In this document: positions 60,814 through 64,000 of the stretch, in pieces
Numbering within the stretch: position 1 is the stretch's first letter
Layout: each line of letters opens with the position of its first letter
DNA from: an uncultured Candidatus Rokubacteria bacterium
GTDB lineage: Bacteria > Methylomirabilota > Methylomirabilia > Rokubacteriales > CSP1-6
Direction of reading: 5' to 3'
Assembly: GCA_963754315.1 (NCBI GenBank)
Contig: CAVWFS010000018.1
Span: forward strand, 736,001 to 800,000
Length of the DNA: 64,000 nucleotides
The notes under the pieces: model-generated
The model's database searches: none
What the model saw: only the letters and a program-made list of their open reading frames with translations
Told to the model about the DNA's origin: nothing
Made by a program: the position numbers and the translations under genes

Positions 60814-61671
60814 ATGCGATGTCGAGCGTGGCTGGCGATCGGGATCACGGTGCTGGCGTTGGGATGCGCGACCACGCGCACTGGCACCGAATCTCTCCAG
60901 TTCGCGAACGCTACACCGGGGGCTCCTCGTCAGATTCCAGCTACGATCTACAGGCCGACGGGCAGCGTGCCGGCTCCCGCCGTCGTCCTCTTTCACGGAT
61001 GTCACGGCGTCTCCGCATCTAATCACGCCTGGGCCCGCTGGCTCCAGGAGCGTGGTTACGTAGCCCTCGTGGTGGACAGCTGGGCGGCGAGGGGCATCAC
61101 CGACGGATGCGCCGCCGATAAGCCAGACGTGCCGAACACCGAGCGGTTGGACGACGCCATGGGCGCCCTCAGCCTCTTGCAGGGCCAGGCGGGGGTCGAT
61201 CCCGGACGAATCGGCGTCATGGGCTGGTCCAATGGCGGGGTGTTCGCCATGGCCGTGGTGAATGGACCGAGTCTGGAGCGGGCGCGCGCGCGAGGAGTGA
61301 GAGTGCCGGAGCCTGGTTACCAGGCGTCGGTCGCGATGTATCCGGGCGGGTGCGCCTCGCTGACCCGCGAGCAGGTCGTCAGGCCGCTTCTTTTACTCAT
61401 CGGTGATGCCGACGACTGGACATTGCCCGGACCGTGCCGTGCGATGGTGGAGGCCATGCGGTCACGCGGGGCGCCAGCTGAGATCGTGCTCTACCCGGGG
61501 ATCTACCACTACTTCGACGTCGAGGGGCAGGCCAGGGCGTTTCTTCCTGATGTCGGCAACGACAATCGCCCAGGCGGCGCGGGCGCGACGGTGGCTTTCG
61601 ATGCGGCCGCCCACGCCGACGCCCAGCGGCGGGTCGAGGTGTTCCTGGCCCGCACGTTGCGGGGGCGCTGA
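60814..61671 (+). CDS. Dienelactone hydrolase-family lipoprotein
   Basis: Lipobox LALGC; HGCHG, GWSNG, DDW, HYFD. Confidence 0.85.
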   Translation: MRCRAWLAIGITVLALGCATTRTGTESLQFANATPGAPRQIPATIYRPTGSVPAPAVVLFHGCHGVSASNHAWARWLQERGYVALVVDSWAARGITDGCAADKPDVPNTERLDDAMGALSLLQGQAGVDPGRIGVMGWSNGGVFAMAVVNGPSLERARARGVRVPEPGYQASVAMYPGGCASLTREQVVRPLLLLIGDADDWTLPGPCRAMVEAMRSRGAPAEIVLYPGIYHYFDVEGQARAFLPDVGNDNRPGGAGATVAFDAAAHADAQRRVEVFLARTLRGR

Positions 61672-61673
61672 CC

Positions 61674-62579
61674 GTGGACGCCTCGGTGGAACTCGTTCGC
61701 CATCTCACGGAAAGTGTGGTCAACATTCATGTGACGGTGGCGCGTGATCATCGATCGGTGCCGATCCTGGGGAGTGAACGCATGGGGAGCGGGGTGGTGA
61801 TCGATCCCGCGGGGCTCATTCTCACCGTCAACTATGTCGTCATGGGAGGCCAGAACCTTCAGGTTTCCTTCATGAAGGGCCGGCGGGTACGGGCCGAGAT
61901 CGTCGCCCAGGACTTTGACGTCGGCTTGGCGCTCGTCCGCATCAAGCGGCAGGGACTGACAGCGGCCATCCTTCGAGCCGAGCGCGAAATGGAGCGGGGC
62001 GATCCGGTAATCTCCATCGCCACCACGGGTGCTCAGGAACGGCGGGTGGCGGGCGGCTTGGTGACGTATCTCGGGGAGTTCGAGGCGCACTGGGAGTATC
62101 TTCTCGAGAACGGTATCATCTCGAACACGTCCAACCCCGGTTTTGGGGGTGGGGGCCTGTTCACCATGGGCGGGCACCTGGCCGGGATAGTCTCGCTCAA
62201 TCTCAACGAGCTGATTCGCAACTCGCTGGCCATCCCCGTGGACTGCTATCGCGAGCATGAGCGGGAGTTGCTGCAATTCGGGCGCGTGATGAGTCGCCCC
62301 CGCCGTGCCTGGCTCGGCATCTTCGTCCAGACGATCGAAGAAGGCATCGTGGTGGCGGCGCTCGTCCCGGATGGTCCGGGTGATCGAGGCGGGCTCCGCG
62401 AGGGGGATTTCTTGGTTTCCCTGAATGCCGAGAAGCTGGAGAGCCGTCGCGACTTGTACCTGTCTCTCTGGCGGCACGAGCCCGGGGAGGCCATGACGTT
62501 CGAGGTGAAGCGCGAGAACACCCTGCGTCGGGTCAGCGTGGCCGGGGGGGATCGCGCCGAGTTCTTCCGTCAACCGTGA
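61674..62579 (+). CDS. Trypsin-like (S1C) + PDZ protein, probably catalytically inactive
   Basis: GSGVVI; TVNYVV (His to Tyr); NPGFGGG (Ser absent); WLGI PDZ. Confidence 0.8.
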   Translation: MDASVELVRHLTESVVNIHVTVARDHRSVPILGSERMGSGVVIDPAGLILTVNYVVMGGQNLQVSFMKGRRVRAEIVAQDFDVGLALVRIKRQGLTAAILRAEREMERGDPVISIATTGAQERRVAGGLVTYLGEFEAHWEYLLENGIISNTSNPGFGGGGLFTMGGHLAGIVSLNLNELIRNSLAIPVDCYREHERELLQFGRVMSRPRRAWLGIFVQTIEEGIVVAALVPDGPGDRGGLREGDFLVSLNAEKLESRRDLYLSLWRHEPGEAMTFEVKRENTLRRVSVAGGDRAEFFRQP

Positions 62580-62604
62580 GTGTATCGTAGGAGAAGAGCG
62601 GGCC

Positions 62605-63384
62605 ATGGATCTCGGACTGAAGGGCAAGGCGGCCCTGGTGACTGCTGCCAGCAAAGGTATGGGCAAGGCTTGCGCGCTCGGGCTGGCCAGCGAGGGGGCG
62701 CGAATCCTCATGTGCGCACGCACGGAAAGTGACGTGATGGCTGCGGCCGACGAGGTGCGCGGCAAGACGGGGGTCGAGGTCGTAGCCATGGCTGCCGACG
62801 TGACCCGCGTTGCCGACGTGCATGCGCTCGGCCAACGCGCCCGCGACGTGTTCGGCGGGGTGGATATTCTGATCGCCAACGCCGGGGGCCCGCCGCGGGT
62901 GGACTTCGACCAGACAACTGACGAGCAGTGGTACGGTGCCTTCGACGTGTCCGTGCTGTCCGTCGTCCGGTTGATTCGTGAGGTGCTTCCCTCCATGCGC
63001 GCCCGTCGCTGGGGGCGCATCTTGACCATCCAGTCCGTCTCGGTCAAGCAGCCGGTCGACGGACTGGTGCTGTCGAACGCCGTCCGCCCGGGGGTGGCTG
63101 GCCTCATGAAGACCCTGTCGGAGGATCTGGGTCAGGACAACATCACGATCAACGTCCTTTGTCCGGGTAAGATCCTCACCGATCGGTTCTTGAGCGGCGC
63201 TCGACGCGCAGGGCTTCCTGCGGACGAGTATGCCCGGCAAGCTACGTCCGATGTTCCACTGCGCCGCATCGGGACACCAGAGGAGTTCGCCAACGTGGCC
63301 GTCTTCCTCGCCTCGGAACGTGCATCGTATGTGACGGGGGTGGCCTTGCAGATCGATGGCGGGGTAGTGCGCGCTAACGTATAG
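62605..63384 (+). CDS. SDR oxidoreductase
   Basis: TAASKGMG, NAGGP, SNAVR, IDGG. Confidence 0.88.
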   Translation: MDLGLKGKAALVTAASKGMGKACALGLASEGARILMCARTESDVMAAADEVRGKTGVEVVAMAADVTRVADVHALGQRARDVFGGVDILIANAGGPPRVDFDQTTDEQWYGAFDVSVLSVVRLIREVLPSMRARRWGRILTIQSVSVKQPVDGLVLSNAVRPGVAGLMKTLSEDLGQDNITINVLCPGKILTDRFLSGARRAGLPADEYARQATSDVPLRRIGTPEEFANVAVFLASERASYVTGVALQIDGGVVRANV

Positions 63385-63392
63385 CGCTCTCG

Positions 63393-64000
63393 GTGTTCAC
63401 GGGGATTCGTGGCGCCCTTTCCCGGTTCTCCGAGGCCGACGGCTTCTTTCTGAGCGCGGGTCTCGCCTTCTTCTTCCTGGTCACCTTGATTCCCATCATT
63501 TTGCTCGCCGTCTCTACGGTGGGCTTCGTCCTCTCGACCAGCCGGGCGGAGGATGTGATCATCGGCCAGCTGGCCGCCAACTTTCCCGTGTACAGACGTG
63601 AGATCATGAGCGTGCTTCGCCGCATCGCGGAGACCCGGGGGCTCTCGGGGCTGCTAGGCACGGTGACCTTGCTCTTTTTCGCCACCCCCCTCTTCTCGGC
63701 GGCCCGCCACGTTCTCGACATGGTGACCGGCGTGAGGGCTGACGTCCACTTCATCCGGCGAGTCTTCGCCGACATGGCACTGGTCGTGCTGTTGTGCGTG
63801 TTGCTATTCCTGGCTACCGTGGTTGCCTGGTTCTATCATTGGTTCTTGGTCGTTGTCCTCCAGCCGGCGGGTATGCCCGGCGAATGGATGGGCACGGCCG
63901 GAACCCTGCTGAGCCTCGCGCTGTCCGCCTCCCTTTTCTATCTTGCCTACCGCTATGTGCCCCACCGTCCGCTCAGCCCCAGTGCTGCCGTCGCGGGGGC
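63393..64000 (+). CDS. YihY/BrkB-family membrane protein; runs off window end
   Basis: Read manually: DGFFLSAGLAFFFLVTLIP...LFYLAYRYVP. Confidence 0.75.
   Translation, partial: MFTGIRGALSRFSEADGFFLSAGLAFFFLVTLIPIILLAVSTVGFVLSTSRAEDVIIGQLAANFPVYRREIMSVLRRIAETRGLSGLLGTVTLLFFATPLFSAARHVLDMVTGVRADVHFIRRVFADMALVVLLCVLLFLATVVAWFYHWFLVVVLQPAGMPGEWMGTAGTLLSLALSASLFYLAYRYVPHRPLSPSAAVAG

Overview
GC-rich, densely coding bacterial chromosome segment with about 60 genes. I found no rRNA, tRNA, CRISPR array, transposase or phage genes. Gene content and GC-rich intergenic hairpins are reminiscent of Candidatus Rokubacteria/Methylomirabilota (inference only). Housekeeping content includes futalosine-pathway menaquinone genes (mqnD, mqnC, mqnE), ilvD, queG, def, mutY/mutT, a TPP riboswitch with thiS-thiG-thiE, tldD/pmbA, tatD, uppP, moeA and a family B DNA polymerase. 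Main findings: (1) a putative sphingolipid/ceramide locus (19.4-24.2 kb) with CerR-like reductase, serine palmitoyltransferase and bCerS-like acyltransferase, divergent from an FA2H/Scs7-type hydroxylase that is coupled to an exported START lipid-binding protein; (2) a probable selenoprotein missed by the ORF track: an exported rhodanese with an in-frame TGA at the catalytic Cys position and a SECIS-like hairpin, inside a moeA-tldD2-rhodanese-tldE2 operon; (3) an internally deleted TetR gene, with a TetR-type palindromic operator at the mqnE promoter; (4) widespread leaderless-type promoters. Six genes in the first 24 kb carry 1-2 nt frameshifts that are most likely sequencing errors.
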